Notes: generated by a model not told the origin, from the letters alone. A DNA stretch of 64,000 bases from an uncultured delta proteobacterium (GCA_963843145.1 CAWJJC010000027.1:32001-96000), one strand, 5' to 3'. Positions 8,675 through 18,713 are shown, counted from the first letter of the stretch. Numbers and translations are program-made.

Positions 8675-11600
8675 TCACCTGCAGGATACAAAACGCACTA
8701 CCGCTTGTTGATTACGGAGGATATCCTCTAAAATCGAGAGGGTCCGGTCAATGTCCTCCAGTGTATTTTCGCGGCCCAGGGAAAAACGCAGGGAGCAATG
8801 GGCTTCCTCCTCGGAAAGCCCCAGGGCCAACAAGACATGGGAGGGTTCCGGGTTCCCGGCGCGGCAGGCCGATCCTGAGGAAACGGCCACTCCCCGTTGA
8901 TCGAGGGCCAGGACCAGCGACTCGCCCCGGAAGCCCGGCAAAGTGACGTTCAAGGTGTTCGGCAGCCGCAGGCGGGGATGGCCGTTGATGCGCGCTTGGG
9001 GGAGAATTTTCAGGATGCCGCGTTCCAGTTGATCCCGTTTTCCCCGGATGGATACCGAGTCCGAGAGATGTTTCAGGGCCAGTTCGGCGGCCTTGCCGAA
9101 GCCGGCGATGCCCAGAACGTTTTCTGTGCCGGCTCGCAGGCCCTGCTCCTGGTGCCCGCCGCTGACCAAGGGATCGAGGGAGACCCCTTGGCGGACGAAG
9201 AGCGCCCCCATCCCTTTAGGACCGTGCAACTTGTGGGCCGAGAGGGTTAACAGATCCACCCCCAGCGCCCCCACGTCCACCGGGATTTTGCCCACCGCTT
9301 GGACGGCATCGCAATGGAAGAGCGCGCCCCGCTCCCGGGCCAGGGCGGACAGTTCGTCCACCGGCTGGAGGGCCCCGGTCTCGTTGTTGGCCAGCATGAC
9401 GCTCACCAGGCAGGTACGATCGTCCAGGGCCGTTCGGAGGTCCTCCGGCCTGACCCGGCCTTCCCGGTTGGACGGAAGATAGGTGACCCGGAAACCTTGC
9501 CGTTCCAGTCCACGGCAGGGTTCGAGCACCGAGGGATGTTCGCTGGCCGAGGTGATGATATGGTCCTTGCCCCGGCCGGCGGCCCAGGCCGTGCCCTTGA
9601 TGGCCAGGTTGTTGGCCTCCGAACCGCCGCCGGTAAAGAGGACTCGCCGGGCCGTGCAGTTGAGCAGCAGGGCGATGGCGCGGCGCGCCGTTTCCATGGC
9701 GGTCCGGGATTCTTTGCCGGCCGCATAGAGGCTGGACGGGTTCCCGTAGCACTCCAAAAAGGCGATCAGGGTCTTCTGAACTTCCGGATCCAGGGGAGTG
9801 GTGGCGTTGTGGTCCAGGTAAATGCGGCGGGGAACCGCCGGAGTTTCCAGGGATCCATCGGCTGTGTATTCCCCCGGGCCGCCGACCGTCACGGTTTCGC
9901 CCTCGATATCCTTCACTACCTCGCAGAGCAGAGCCTTGTACACCGGAAAACCGGAGATCGGATCATAGCGCTGCAGATCGGTCAAGTCGTTTACACAGGC
10001 GTCGCGCCAGGCTTTCGGGCCAAGGGCCCCGCCCCCCATCCCGCTGACCTCAACGGCCCCGGACACGATATCCTCGGTGACCTGAGCATACAGGGGGATG
10101 GATCCCCGTAAAGTGGTTAGCTTGACCGGATCTCCGTTTTGAATTCCACGCGCGGCGGCATCCCGGGGGTTCATCATCACCGTGGGCACGGGTTTTTCCC
10201 GCGAGAGGGAGGGCAGGCTCTGGTGTAGTCCGTGCAAATCAATATTGGAACGAGCCCCGGAATTGAAGACCAGGGGAAACTGCCGGGCTAAGTCCGGCCG
10301 GGCCAGCGGTCCCTCGCCGGGTTCGGTATAGACGGGCAAGGCGTCGTAGCCATGCTCTTCCAGGATGGAAGAGGCGATTTCGAACTTGCCGGAAGGGGTG
10401 TCGAACCCGGGGCGGCCATCCGGGCGCAGCAGCCCTTTTTCCCATTTCTTGTACTCCATCATTACCGTGGGCACCTGAACCATTCCGCCGGCGGCCCGGA
10501 CGGCTTCCGGGGTGAAGCCCGAGCCTTTCAAGACCCGGGCCAGAAGTTCCGCTTCGGTTTGGGGATAGAGGTGGCCGTAGCCGAGGCGGCGGGCGAGTTC
10601 GGAAAGGATAAAGAAGTCATTTCGGGCCTCCCCCAGCGGTTCAATAACCCGTTCCCGGATCCGGAAAAGGGGTCCATAGACCATATAGGATTCGATCTCG
10701 TAGTAGGTGGCGGCCGGGAGGACAATATCGGCGAAGGCGGCATCGGCGGTTAACTGTCGGTCGATGCAGACCAGAAAGTCCAGGGCACCCAGGGTTTTCC
10801 GCCAGACCGCGGACTGGGGCCAGGAACTGATAATCGAGGCCCCCAGGCTGATCAGCAGGCGGATAGGGTAGGGGTCCTGCTCCAGTACCGCCCGGGGCAG
10901 GATGTTGGCATGGAACTCACCGCGGTAGAGGGTATAGATCGGGAAGTTATTGTATCCGGCGGCCTTGCGAATGTCCGGATTGGGGATCAGCCCTTCCCGG
11001 TTGATGGGAAACTTGCTCCGGGCCGGCAGGAAACAGCGGCCGCCGGGTACATCCAGTTGGCCGGCCAGAGCCCAGAGCACCAGGGTGGCGCGGATGGCCT
11101 GCACGGAGCCGTCGCTGTATTCCAGGCCGCTGTACATGACCGGAGACACGCCGTGGGTCCCGGCGAACTCCCGGGCCAGGCGGATGACGGTAGCCGCCGG
11201 CACCCCGGTGATATGTTCCACCACTTCCGGTCGAAAGTGCTGGACATATCGGGCAAAGGCCTCGAATCCGATCGTCCACTCTTTAACGAAAGCTTCATCG
11301 AAAAGCTCTTCCTCGATCAGCACTTGGCACATTCCCAGGGCCAGGGCGCCGTCGGTACCGGGACGAATGGGGACCCATTCGGCATTCGGGTATTTGGCCA
11401 TGACCGTCCGACGGGGATCGATCACCACCAGGCGGGCGCCGCGCCGGTGGGCCCGTTCGATCTGGATAAAATCATCGGGCGGGCAGTGGGCTGCCGGGTT
11501 TTTCCCCCAGATGACGATGAGGTTGGCCTGCTCGATATCCGAGAACATGTTGATGAACATCCCCCCCATGGTGACATGAGGGGCGATCATGGCGAAGGAT

Positions 11601-12052
11601 ACATAGCAGAGGGCCCCTACGCCCAAGGTGTTGGGCGACCCGAAGGGGAAGAGGACGCTGGAAGCCGAAGAAACCGCCACCCCGGCCGGCTGGAAAATAT
11701 CGCAGAGGGATAACTCGAAACTTCCGCTCCCGGTATAGATGGCCGTGGCTTCCGGCCCGGACTCCGCCTTGATCGTTTGTAGTTTCTGGACGATCGTCTC
11801 ATAGGCTTCCTCCCAGGAGATACGCTCGAAATCATAAGTGCCCTTGGGACCCTTGCGGCGCATGGGATATAATAGTCGGTTGGGCGAATAAACGACCTCC
11901 CGGGCCAGTTCGCCCAAGCGGCAGATCTTTCCCAGGGGAGAACCTTCATCAGGTCCCACCGAGTCGATTTTTCCCTCGGTATCATAATCAACCTTCACCC
12001 AGCACCCGGCCGAGCAGATACCGCAGATGGCTTTCTTACTATCGGGTTTCAT
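8675..12052 (-). CDS. Molybdopterin/tungstopterin oxidoreductase fused to IscS-type cysteine desulfurase; probable metallopterin-dependent ergothioneine synthase (MES)
   Basis: N-terminal CGICSAGC..C [4Fe-4S] motif and DMSO-reductase-family body; C-terminal YLDHNATT, SAHK, RAGTEN and SSGSAC; terminal VSCR; adjacent to egtD. Confidence 0.85.
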   Translation of the reverse strand: MKPDSKKAICGICSAGCWVKVDYDTEGKIDSVGPDEGSPLGKICRLGELAREVVYSPNRLLYPMRRKGPKGTYDFERISWEEAYETIVQKLQTIKAESGPEATAIYTGSGSFELSLCDIFQPAGVAVSSASSVLFPFGSPNTLGVGALCYVSFAMIAPHVTMGGMFINMFSDIEQANLIVIWGKNPAAHCPPDDFIQIERAHRRGARLVVIDPRRTVMAKYPNAEWVPIRPGTDGALALGMCQVLIEEELFDEAFVKEWTIGFEAFARYVQHFRPEVVEHITGVPAATVIRLAREFAGTHGVSPVMYSGLEYSDGSVQAIRATLVLWALAGQLDVPGGRCFLPARSKFPINREGLIPNPDIRKAAGYNNFPIYTLYRGEFHANILPRAVLEQDPYPIRLLISLGASIISSWPQSAVWRKTLGALDFLVCIDRQLTADAAFADIVLPAATYYEIESYMVYGPLFRIRERVIEPLGEARNDFFILSELARRLGYGHLYPQTEAELLARVLKGSGFTPEAVRAAGGMVQVPTVMMEYKKWEKGLLRPDGRPGFDTPSGKFEIASSILEEHGYDALPVYTEPGEGPLARPDLARQFPLVFNSGARSNIDLHGLHQSLPSLSREKPVPTVMMNPRDAAARGIQNGDPVKLTTLRGSIPLYAQVTEDIVSGAVEVSGMGGGALGPKAWRDACVNDLTDLQRYDPISGFPVYKALLCEVVKDIEGETVTVGGPGEYTADGSLETPAVPRRIYLDHNATTPLDPEVQKTLIAFLECYGNPSSLYAAGKESRTAMETARRAIALLLNCTARRVLFTGGGSEANNLAIKGTAWAAGRGKDHIITSASEHPSVLEPCRGLERQGFRVTYLPSNREGRVRPEDLRTALDDRTCLVSVMLANNETGALQPVDELSALARERGALFHCDAVQAVGKIPVDVGALGVDLLTLSAHKLHGPKGMGALFVRQGVSLDPLVSGGHQEQGLRAGTENVLGIAGFGKAAELALKHLSDSVSIRGKRDQLERGILKILPQARINGHPRLRLPNTLNVTLPGFRGESLVLALDQRGVAVSSGSACRAGNPEPSHVLLALGLSEEEAHCSLRFSLGRENTLEDIDRTLSILEDILRNQQAVVRFVSCR

Positions 12053-12226
12053 TTAGCAGGATTCAAAAAAAGCGGATTTTCATACTAGTATAAGAAGGAA
12101 TTCTTTCGGCGTCAACTCTACTGACTTGAGCCCAGGAATCCTGCCCCTCGACCAAGAGCAGCAACTCATTTTCATTGACAAGGTCCGGGGAGTTAAGCTT
12201 ATAATGTATATAAAAAATTGTGGTTG

Positions 12227-12535
12227 TTCGCCCTTTTGGGTGGGTGGCCACAATATTTGGTAGATTAGACTGAAATCAGGCCTTCGTGGCCGATGGGTCT
12301 CGGCGAAAGGGTTTTCCACCTTGCTTTATAGGTTCTAACCCGGCCCCCATGTTTCTAAATCTTCACGGAGGCAGGGCCGGCCGAAGAAGCATCAAAAGCC
12401 TTTGAGTTTGGGCCTGCTTCAAATAAAATTGGTAATTTAGGCCCGGATTCGAAGTCCGGAGTACCTTTGGAAAGCCCTTTCGCCGAGACCCATCGGCCAT
12501 ACCAGATCTGGGGGGTACCCACCCAAAAGGGCGAA
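12227..12535. repeat. Two inverted copies of a bipartite motif in a divergent intergenic region
   Basis: 19-bp perfect IR (12227-12245 / 12517-12535) and 32-bp IR with 1 mismatch (12287-12318 / 12468-12499). Confidence 0.9.
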
Positions 12536-12612
12536 GCGTCAAAATTGTTTACCGAGTGAAACTGTTTTAATATCCAAATTCGCCCTATGGAACCGGTCTC
12601 GGGAGTTCTGGC

Positions 12613-13452
12613 ATGACCATCGAAGCTGACAGTCAACAAAGCAAACCTGGAGGGCAGCTCGGCAGGCTAGTGACCGGTCCGTTTGCCCTTATCGGCCGGG
12701 TGGCGATCAGTTGGATCGACAATTTAGGCGCCTCAGCCATTTTTCTCCTTATGGCGCTTCTGAGGATCGTACGCCCCAAACAGTTGGATAAGATCGTGCA
12801 GCAGGTCTATTATATCGGGGCCAGATCCACGATGATCATCATGCTCGTCAGTTTCTTCACCGGTATGGTGCTGGGCCTTCAATCCTACCATGCCCTGGTA
12901 AAATTCGGCGCCCAGGGGGCTCTCGGCACCCTGGTGGCCCTGACACTGGTTCGGGAATTGGGACCGGTGCTCACGGCGATCATGATCGCCGCCCGGGCCG
13001 GTTCGGCTATCACCGCCGAGATCGGCATTCAGCGCATCTCCGAACAGATTGACGCCCTGAGCACCATGCGTATTGATCCGCTCCGGTATCTCATCACCCC
13101 TAGGATTACCGCCGCGATCATCAGCTTCCCCTTGCTCACCGCCGTGTTCGACCTCGTCGGCATTATCGGCGGGTACGTCTCCGGCGTCTTGCTCCTGGGC
13201 GCCAATGCCAGCACCTATGTTTATCGTGTTCAGACCAGTATGGACCTGAAAGATATTACCGACGGTCTGGTCAAGTCGATTGTTTTTGCCGTCATCGTCT
13301 CCTTGGTCTGTTGTTTCCAGGGGTATTTTACCCACATGCGCACGGACAGCCATGGCGCCAAGGCCGTCGGGCTCTCCACCACCTCGTCCGTGGTGATCTC
13401 CTGTGTACTGATCCTGGTGTCCGACTATGTGGTCACGTCGCTACTCATCTAA
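12613..13452 (+). CDS. mlaE: MlaE family ABC transporter permease
   Basis: RELGPVLTAIMIAARAGSAITAEIG...EQIDAL motif. Confidence 0.93.
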   Translation: MTIEADSQQSKPGGQLGRLVTGPFALIGRVAISWIDNLGASAIFLLMALLRIVRPKQLDKIVQQVYYIGARSTMIIMLVSFFTGMVLGLQSYHALVKFGAQGALGTLVALTLVRELGPVLTAIMIAARAGSAITAEIGIQRISEQIDALSTMRIDPLRYLITPRITAAIISFPLLTAVFDLVGIIGGYVSGVLLLGANASTYVYRVQTSMDLKDITDGLVKSIVFAVIVSLVCCFQGYFTHMRTDSHGAKAVGLSTTSSVVISCVLILVSDYVVTSLLI

Positions 13453-13461
13453 GGTTAACCC

Positions 13462-14715
13462 ATGGACAGCCCGTTAATCGAATTCCAGGAGGTCACCAAA
13501 CGTTTCGGCGCCCGAACCGTCCTGGAACGGGTCAACCTGCAGATCTACGAGGGACAGGTCACCACCATTATCGGACTGAGCGGTTCGGGCAAGAGTGTGC
13601 TCCTCAAGCATATCATCGGGCTGCTCAAGCCGGATGCCGGGACTATTCTCTTCAAGGGCAAACCCCTGAGCGAAATGGAAAAAAGTGAAAGCGCCGCCAA
13701 TTTCGCTCGGATAAGTTACATGTTCCAAGACAATGCCCTCTTCGATTCCCTGACCGTCTATGAAAATATCGCCCTTCCCTTGCGGGAGACGACGAACCTG
13801 AAGAAAACCGAGATCGATAGCCAGGTTATGGCCAGAATCGAGCAAACGGAGCTTAAAGAAGCGGTTCACAAGTATCCTTCGGAACTCTCCGGCGGCATGC
13901 AAAAGCGGGCCGCTTTGGCACGGGCTTTGGTAACGGATCCTCGCATCGTCCTCTTTGATGAACCGACTTCCGGCCAAGACCCGGTCCGAAAAAATGCCAT
14001 CCTGGGCATGATCGCCCAGTATCAGCGGAAATTCGGGTTTACGGGGATCCTGGTCAGCCACGAGATACCGGATGTCTATTTTATCTCCAACCGCATACTG
14101 GCCCTTTATGATCGATCTATTGTTTTTCAGGGTTCTCCGGAGGAGTTGGAAAATTTCGACCATCCGTTCAAAGATGAGGTCATTCGCAGTCTGGAAGGGC
14201 TGCAGAATGAGTTAACCGGTCTGTATTCCAAAAGGCAATTTAAAGTGATGCATCATGTCCAGTTGCGGCAGAGCGCCAGCGGGGCAACGTACAGCGTGGC
14301 GGTTTTTTCTCTGGTTGATCCGGAGTTCCTTCGGACGAGCACGGGCTACGACGCGGCCCAGGTGGCCTTGCGAAGTCTGGCCATTTACATCGATAAACAT
14401 TTCGGCGCCATCGGGGGGTTTTCCACCCGCCGTCTCAGCAATGAATTTGTCACGGTGCTCCCCTATTCGGATCTGACGGAAGCGGAGGGTATTCTCCAGG
14501 ATTTTGTCCAGGACCTTCAAGAACGAGGCCTTCGAGAGGCCTGTGCCGGGGATGGCCGACAGGCCGTTTCTACGGAAGTGGTTGAATTTTCGGTCCTGGC
14601 CGGAATTGCCGAGGGCCAACCGGTAGCCGACATCGATCCGGTCATCGAGGCGGCCAAAGCGCAACAAAAAGAAATTGGCCGTATTCGGTGCGATGTGAGG
14701 AGATTAGGTAGATGA
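13462..14715 (+). CDS. mlaF: MlaF ABC ATPase with C-terminal degenerate GGDEF-like extension
   Basis: GLSGSGKS, LSGGMQKR and DEPTSGQDP, followed by about 170 extra aa starting ELTGLYSKRQF. Confidence 0.85.
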   Translation: MDSPLIEFQEVTKRFGARTVLERVNLQIYEGQVTTIIGLSGSGKSVLLKHIIGLLKPDAGTILFKGKPLSEMEKSESAANFARISYMFQDNALFDSLTVYENIALPLRETTNLKKTEIDSQVMARIEQTELKEAVHKYPSELSGGMQKRAALARALVTDPRIVLFDEPTSGQDPVRKNAILGMIAQYQRKFGFTGILVSHEIPDVYFISNRILALYDRSIVFQGSPEELENFDHPFKDEVIRSLEGLQNELTGLYSKRQFKVMHHVQLRQSASGATYSVAVFSLVDPEFLRTSTGYDAAQVALRSLAIYIDKHFGAIGGFSTRRLSNEFVTVLPYSDLTEAEGILQDFVQDLQERGLREACAGDGRQAVSTEVVEFSVLAGIAEGQPVADIDPVIEAAKAQQKEIGRIRCDVRRLGR

Positions 14716-15167
14716 AAAAGTACACTATGGAAACCACGGTTGGGATATTTCTCGTTTTCGGGCTCCTCTGCGTGGGGTATATGACGGTGAAATTGGGTCA
14801 TGTTTCCCTCTTCGGCGACGATACCTATCCGCTCCTGGCCCGATTCACCTCAGTCACCGGCCTGAGGGCCGGCAGCCTGGTTTATATATCCGGGATTGAG
14901 GTAGGGCGCGTGGAGGACCTCTCCATGGATCAGAAAAGCCAGAAGGCCGTGGTGAAGCTTCGCATCCGGAAAGACATCAAAATTTATGACGATGCCATTG
15001 CCTCCATTAAAACGGAAGGGCTGATCGGGGATATGCATATCAGCATTGACCCCGGCGGTGCAGGCACGTTGCTCCCACCGGGGGGCACTATTACCGAAAC
15101 GCAGCCGGCGGTGGACCTCGTAGATCTGGTCAGCAAGTATGCCTTCGGAGACGTGAAGAAACACTAG
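14712..15167 (+). CDS. mlaD: MlaD MCE-domain protein
   Basis: N-terminal TM helix; GLRAGS.V.ISGIEVGRV; IKTEGLIGD. Confidence 0.93.
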   Translation: MKKYTMETTVGIFLVFGLLCVGYMTVKLGHVSLFGDDTYPLLARFTSVTGLRAGSLVYISGIEVGRVEDLSMDQKSQKAVVKLRIRKDIKIYDDAIASIKTEGLIGDMHISIDPGGAGTLLPPGGTITETQPAVDLVDLVSKYAFGDVKKH

Positions 15168-15196
15168 CCGCCTTGGCGGATTAAGAAAGGTACGTT

Positions 15197-15790
15197 ATGA
15201 AAAGACTTATCGTCCTAATGAGCATGAGCCTCTTGTTACTCGGTTCTCTTCCGGTATATGCCGGTACGCCGCTGGAGGCGGTCCAGACCAACGTCAACAA
15301 GGTCCTGGAGGTGTTGCGCGATCCCAAGCTCAAAGCGGCCTCGGCCAAAGAGACCGAAAAGGAAAAACTGCGGCTCATCTATGATACCATGTTTGATGAC
15401 GTCGAACTTTCGAAGCGCACGTTGTCCAGGAACTGGAACAATCTGAACGGCGACCAGCGGCGGGAGTTTGTCCTACTTTTTCGGGAGGTGCTGGAAAAGG
15501 CTTACATCGACAAAATCCTGGCCTACACCAACGAAAAAGTTGTCTTTGAGCATGAAAGCATGGTCTCGGCCACCCAGGCCGAAGTCCCGACGAAGATCGT
15601 TACCTCTTCCAAGGAAATTCCTATCACCTATCGCGTGCTGCTGAAGGGAGGCGTCTGGAAAGTATACGACGTCGTTGTGGAAAACGTGAGCCTGGTTCTA
15701 AATTATCGTACCCAGTTTAATGATATCCTGGCAAAAAATACGCCGGAACAATTATTGGAGATCCTGCGCAAGAAAGTGAAGGGGCAATAG
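15197..15790 (+). CDS. mlaC: MlaC/Ttg2D periplasmic phospholipid-binding protein
   Basis: Signal peptide; WKVYDVVVENVSLVLNYRTQF. Confidence 0.92.
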   Translation: MKRLIVLMSMSLLLLGSLPVYAGTPLEAVQTNVNKVLEVLRDPKLKAASAKETEKEKLRLIYDTMFDDVELSKRTLSRNWNNLNGDQRREFVLLFREVLEKAYIDKILAYTNEKVVFEHESMVSATQAEVPTKIVTSSKEIPITYRVLLKGGVWKVYDVVVENVSLVLNYRTQFNDILAKNTPEQLLEILRKKVKGQ

Positions 15791-15880
15791 GGCCTGAAGC
15801 GGGAAATGGCGAGTGGTGGGATTAATATTCTCCCCATTACCCTAAATGACCAGAGAAGGATTGAAGGGGTGGCTCGTGTT

Positions 15881-16783
15881 ATGAAGGCATTCTCAGTTCT
15901 CGTTCTCCTGTTCGTTTTTTTCGCGGCGGGGTGTGCTCACAGTCCTGATCCCGCCGTTTCTCTCGGCACGCCGGTTGCAACTCCTCAGACCCAGCAGGTC
16001 CCGGGGGTCTCCGCTTCCGTAAAGACGACTCCCAAGGCCCCGGAGACGCCGGTCGGATCTGAAACCAAAAACGTCGATGACTATGGCGATATTGAAGTTT
16101 CGGAGAAGGGGAGCGAAGGGGCCAAGGTTGGAATAGCCGACCCCCTGGAGCCTTTTAATCGGGCCATGTACCAGTTCAATGACAAGCTGTACTTCTGGGT
16201 GCTTAAACCGGTCGCCCAGGGATATGGCCAGGTCGTTCCCGAGCCCGCCCGGGTCGGCGTGAGCAATTTTTTTGCGAACCTGACCTTCCCGATTCGTTTC
16301 GTTAATTGTCTGCTCCAGGCGAACTTCAAGGGTGCGGCGACGGAACTTGGCCGTTTCACGATAAACACCCTCTGGGGGGTCGGGGGGTTATTGGATCCGT
16401 CATCGAGCCAGGATATCAATCTCTCCAAACAAAATGTGGATTTCGGCCAAACCTTGGGTACCTATGGATGGGGACAGGATTTCTTCATCACCTGGCCCGT
16501 GTTCGGTCCTTCCAGTCCTCGTGATACGTTGGGGCTGATTGGGGATGCCTTCCTGACTCCCTACAGTTATCTTACTCCCTGGTATACCAGCGAGGGGACC
16601 AGGGCCTATGACCTGCTGAATGACACCTCCCTGAGGATCGGCGACTATGAGTCCCTCAAAGGGGCCGCCATCGATCCCTACGTGGCCATCCGCGATGCCT
16701 ATGTCCAATATCGGCTGAAGAAGGTCAACCGCCAGGGCGGGAAGAATCCCGCCAAAGATTCGGGACTACCCAAAAATGAATGA
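15881..16783 (+). CDS. mlaA: MlaA/VacJ lipoprotein
   Basis: Lipobox AAGC; DPLEPFNR, DFGQTLG, GPSSPRD and DPY..RDAY motifs. Confidence 0.92.
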   Translation: MKAFSVLVLLFVFFAAGCAHSPDPAVSLGTPVATPQTQQVPGVSASVKTTPKAPETPVGSETKNVDDYGDIEVSEKGSEGAKVGIADPLEPFNRAMYQFNDKLYFWVLKPVAQGYGQVVPEPARVGVSNFFANLTFPIRFVNCLLQANFKGAATELGRFTINTLWGVGGLLDPSSSQDINLSKQNVDFGQTLGTYGWGQDFFITWPVFGPSSPRDTLGLIGDAFLTPYSYLTPWYTSEGTRAYDLLNDTSLRIGDYESLKGAAIDPYVAIRDAYVQYRLKKVNRQGGKNPAKDSGLPKNE

Positions 16784-16799
16784 AGGGGAAGGCGTTCCT

Positions 16800-17582
16800 A
16801 TGAAAAGTCTGAAAGTGGTCGTAATTATCGTCTTCGTGATGCTGAGTATTCCGGGAAGAGCGGCTGCGGGCGGGCCTTTCGGGCCGCCGCAACCTATGGC
16901 CAAAGAGGCCGGGGGCCTTCACACCGGCCTGGGATATTGGTTTCAGGAGGATAAGTTTAAGAATGGCGCGGAACAGGCAACTCGCCAGAATCAGGTCTAT
17001 TCGGAATTGGGCTACGGATCTCGAAATAGTTGGGAAGTCACCGCCCGAGTGGGGTTGTCGGATTTAAAACTTATCGATGCCTTCAGCTCCTCAACCGCGT
17101 CGACGGTCACCTCCAAGAAGGATTTTGAAGATCAGCGGATATTTTTCAGCACGGTGGGGACCAAGGGTTATTATCCTTTCAACAAGACCTTTGGCCTGGG
17201 GGCCTTTATCCAGGGGACCTATTACTTGAGTGACTTCAGCGACAGCGTTTCGGGAACTCGAAACGGCGCACCTTTTTCGGTCGAACTTTCGGTTAAGAAT
17301 TTTTGGGAGGTGAATGGCGGCCTGGGATTTCAAGCCACCATTCTCGAGGGCCTCAAGGTGTATATCGGACCCTATGTTCATTATTCGGAATTAAAGGTAT
17401 CGTCATCCGGGGATGTCGACGGCCTGGCCTACGCCTCAGGGGAGACGACCATGAAGAACAAGACCGTCTTCGGAGGATATACCGGGGTCGAAGTACCGCT
17501 AGGAAAAGGATTCCGTCTGAACCTGGAAGGGCAGTACACCGAGCGGGTGTCCGTCGGGGCTGCGGTCATCTATGTGTACTAA
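16800..17582 (+). CDS. Putative outer membrane beta-barrel protein
   Basis: Signal peptide, alternating beta-strand pattern, terminal aromatic residue (VIYVY). Confidence 0.65.
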   Translation: MKSLKVVVIIVFVMLSIPGRAAAGGPFGPPQPMAKEAGGLHTGLGYWFQEDKFKNGAEQATRQNQVYSELGYGSRNSWEVTARVGLSDLKLIDAFSSSTASTVTSKKDFEDQRIFFSTVGTKGYYPFNKTFGLGAFIQGTYYLSDFSDSVSGTRNGAPFSVELSVKNFWEVNGGLGFQATILEGLKVYIGPYVHYSELKVSSSGDVDGLAYASGETTMKNKTVFGGYTGVEVPLGKGFRLNLEGQYTERVSVGAAVIYVY

Positions 17583-17637
17583 GGCGTTGTCAACCTTGCC
17601 GGCAGGAAACATCATTTCTTAATGGTTCGGCGATTTT

Positions 17638-18705
17638 TTAAGGGCTGATTCGCATGCCCCGCTGGAAAAGATGTACTCCGCTGGAGGAAAGCCTGAAAGC
17701 CGCCTCCTGTCCCGCACGGGAGGGAAACGCCGGATCCACCCGGGCCACCAGCCGGGTCTCCTGAAATTGCAGATAAAGAAAAGCTTCAGCCCCCAGGCGT
17801 TCAATTAACTCTATGGGACCCCTCAGGGGACCATCTCCGGGAATGAGAGCTTCCGGCCGGATTCCCAGGGAAACCGGCTGACCTGCACCCGGTTCCATCC
17901 CGGGGGGGAAAGGCACCTCGATCAAAATGGAATCCCGCCGGAAAAACAATTTTCCCTCTTTTTTCTCCAGGAAACCTTCCAGGATGTTCATTGTCGGGCT
18001 ACCGATAAAATTAGCCACAAAAAGGTTCTCGGGGGTTTGATAGACTTCTTCCGGCGTTCCAATTTGCTGGATTTTGCCCTGATTCAGGAGGATGATCTTC
18101 TGTCCCAGGGTCATGGCCTCCACCTGGTCGTGGGTGACGTAGAGAATGGTCGTTCCGAGTTTCCGGTGCAGCTTGGCCAGTTCGACCCGCATTCCGCTGC
18201 GAAGCTGGGCATCCAGATTGGAAAGAGGTTCGTCAAATAGAAATAAGGAAGGCTGACGGACAATGGCCCGACCGATGGCCACCCGTTGGCGCTGTCCTCC
18301 CGACAATTCCTTCGGCTTCCGGGCTAGGAGAGTGTCGATCCGGAGCAGGGCGGCAGTTGCTTCAACCCGGGCCCGGATCAGCGCTTTTGGAAGCTTCCGG
18401 ATTTTCAAAGGAAAGGCCAGGTTGTCAAAGACGGAGAGGTGGGGGTAGAGGGCATAGCTCTGGAAGACCATGGCCATGTCCCGCTCATTGGGGTTGAGGT
18501 GGTCTACCGGGTTCCCGCCGAGGAGGATTCGGCCCCGGTCAGGTTCCTCCAATCCGGCGATTAGCCGGAGCAGGGTGCTTTTCCCGCACCCCGATGGACC
18601 CAGGAGGATGGCCAATTCGCCGTCCGCCGCTTCAAAGGAAATGTCCTGAAGAACGGTTTGTTTGCCGAAAGATTTGTTCAGGTGTTCCACGCGCAGTCCG
18701 GCCAT
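17638..18705 (-). CDS. Sugar ABC transporter ATP-binding protein (MalK/UgpC family)
   Basis: GPSGCGKS, VFQSYALYPH, LSGGQRQR and YVTHDQVEAM; start MAGLRVEH with RBS ggag. Confidence 0.93.
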   Translation of the reverse strand: MAGLRVEHLNKSFGKQTVLQDISFEAADGELAILLGPSGCGKSTLLRLIAGLEEPDRGRILLGGNPVDHLNPNERDMAMVFQSYALYPHLSVFDNLAFPLKIRKLPKALIRARVEATAALLRIDTLLARKPKELSGGQRQRVAIGRAIVRQPSLFLFDEPLSNLDAQLRSGMRVELAKLHRKLGTTILYVTHDQVEAMTLGQKIILLNQGKIQQIGTPEEVYQTPENLFVANFIGSPTMNILEGFLEKKEGKLFFRRDSILIEVPFPPGMEPGAGQPVSLGIRPEALIPGDGPLRGPIELIERLGAEAFLYLQFQETRLVARVDPAFPSRAGQEAAFRLSSSGVHLFQRGMRISP

Positions 18706-18713
18706 GGCTTCTC

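Noticed and set aside
12227-12535. Motif copies as tRNA (both end in ttCCA), hammerhead, Moco or yybP riboswitch
   Set aside because: No cloverleaf or TTCRA loop, no intact CUGANGA core, and the consensus blocks do not match from memory.
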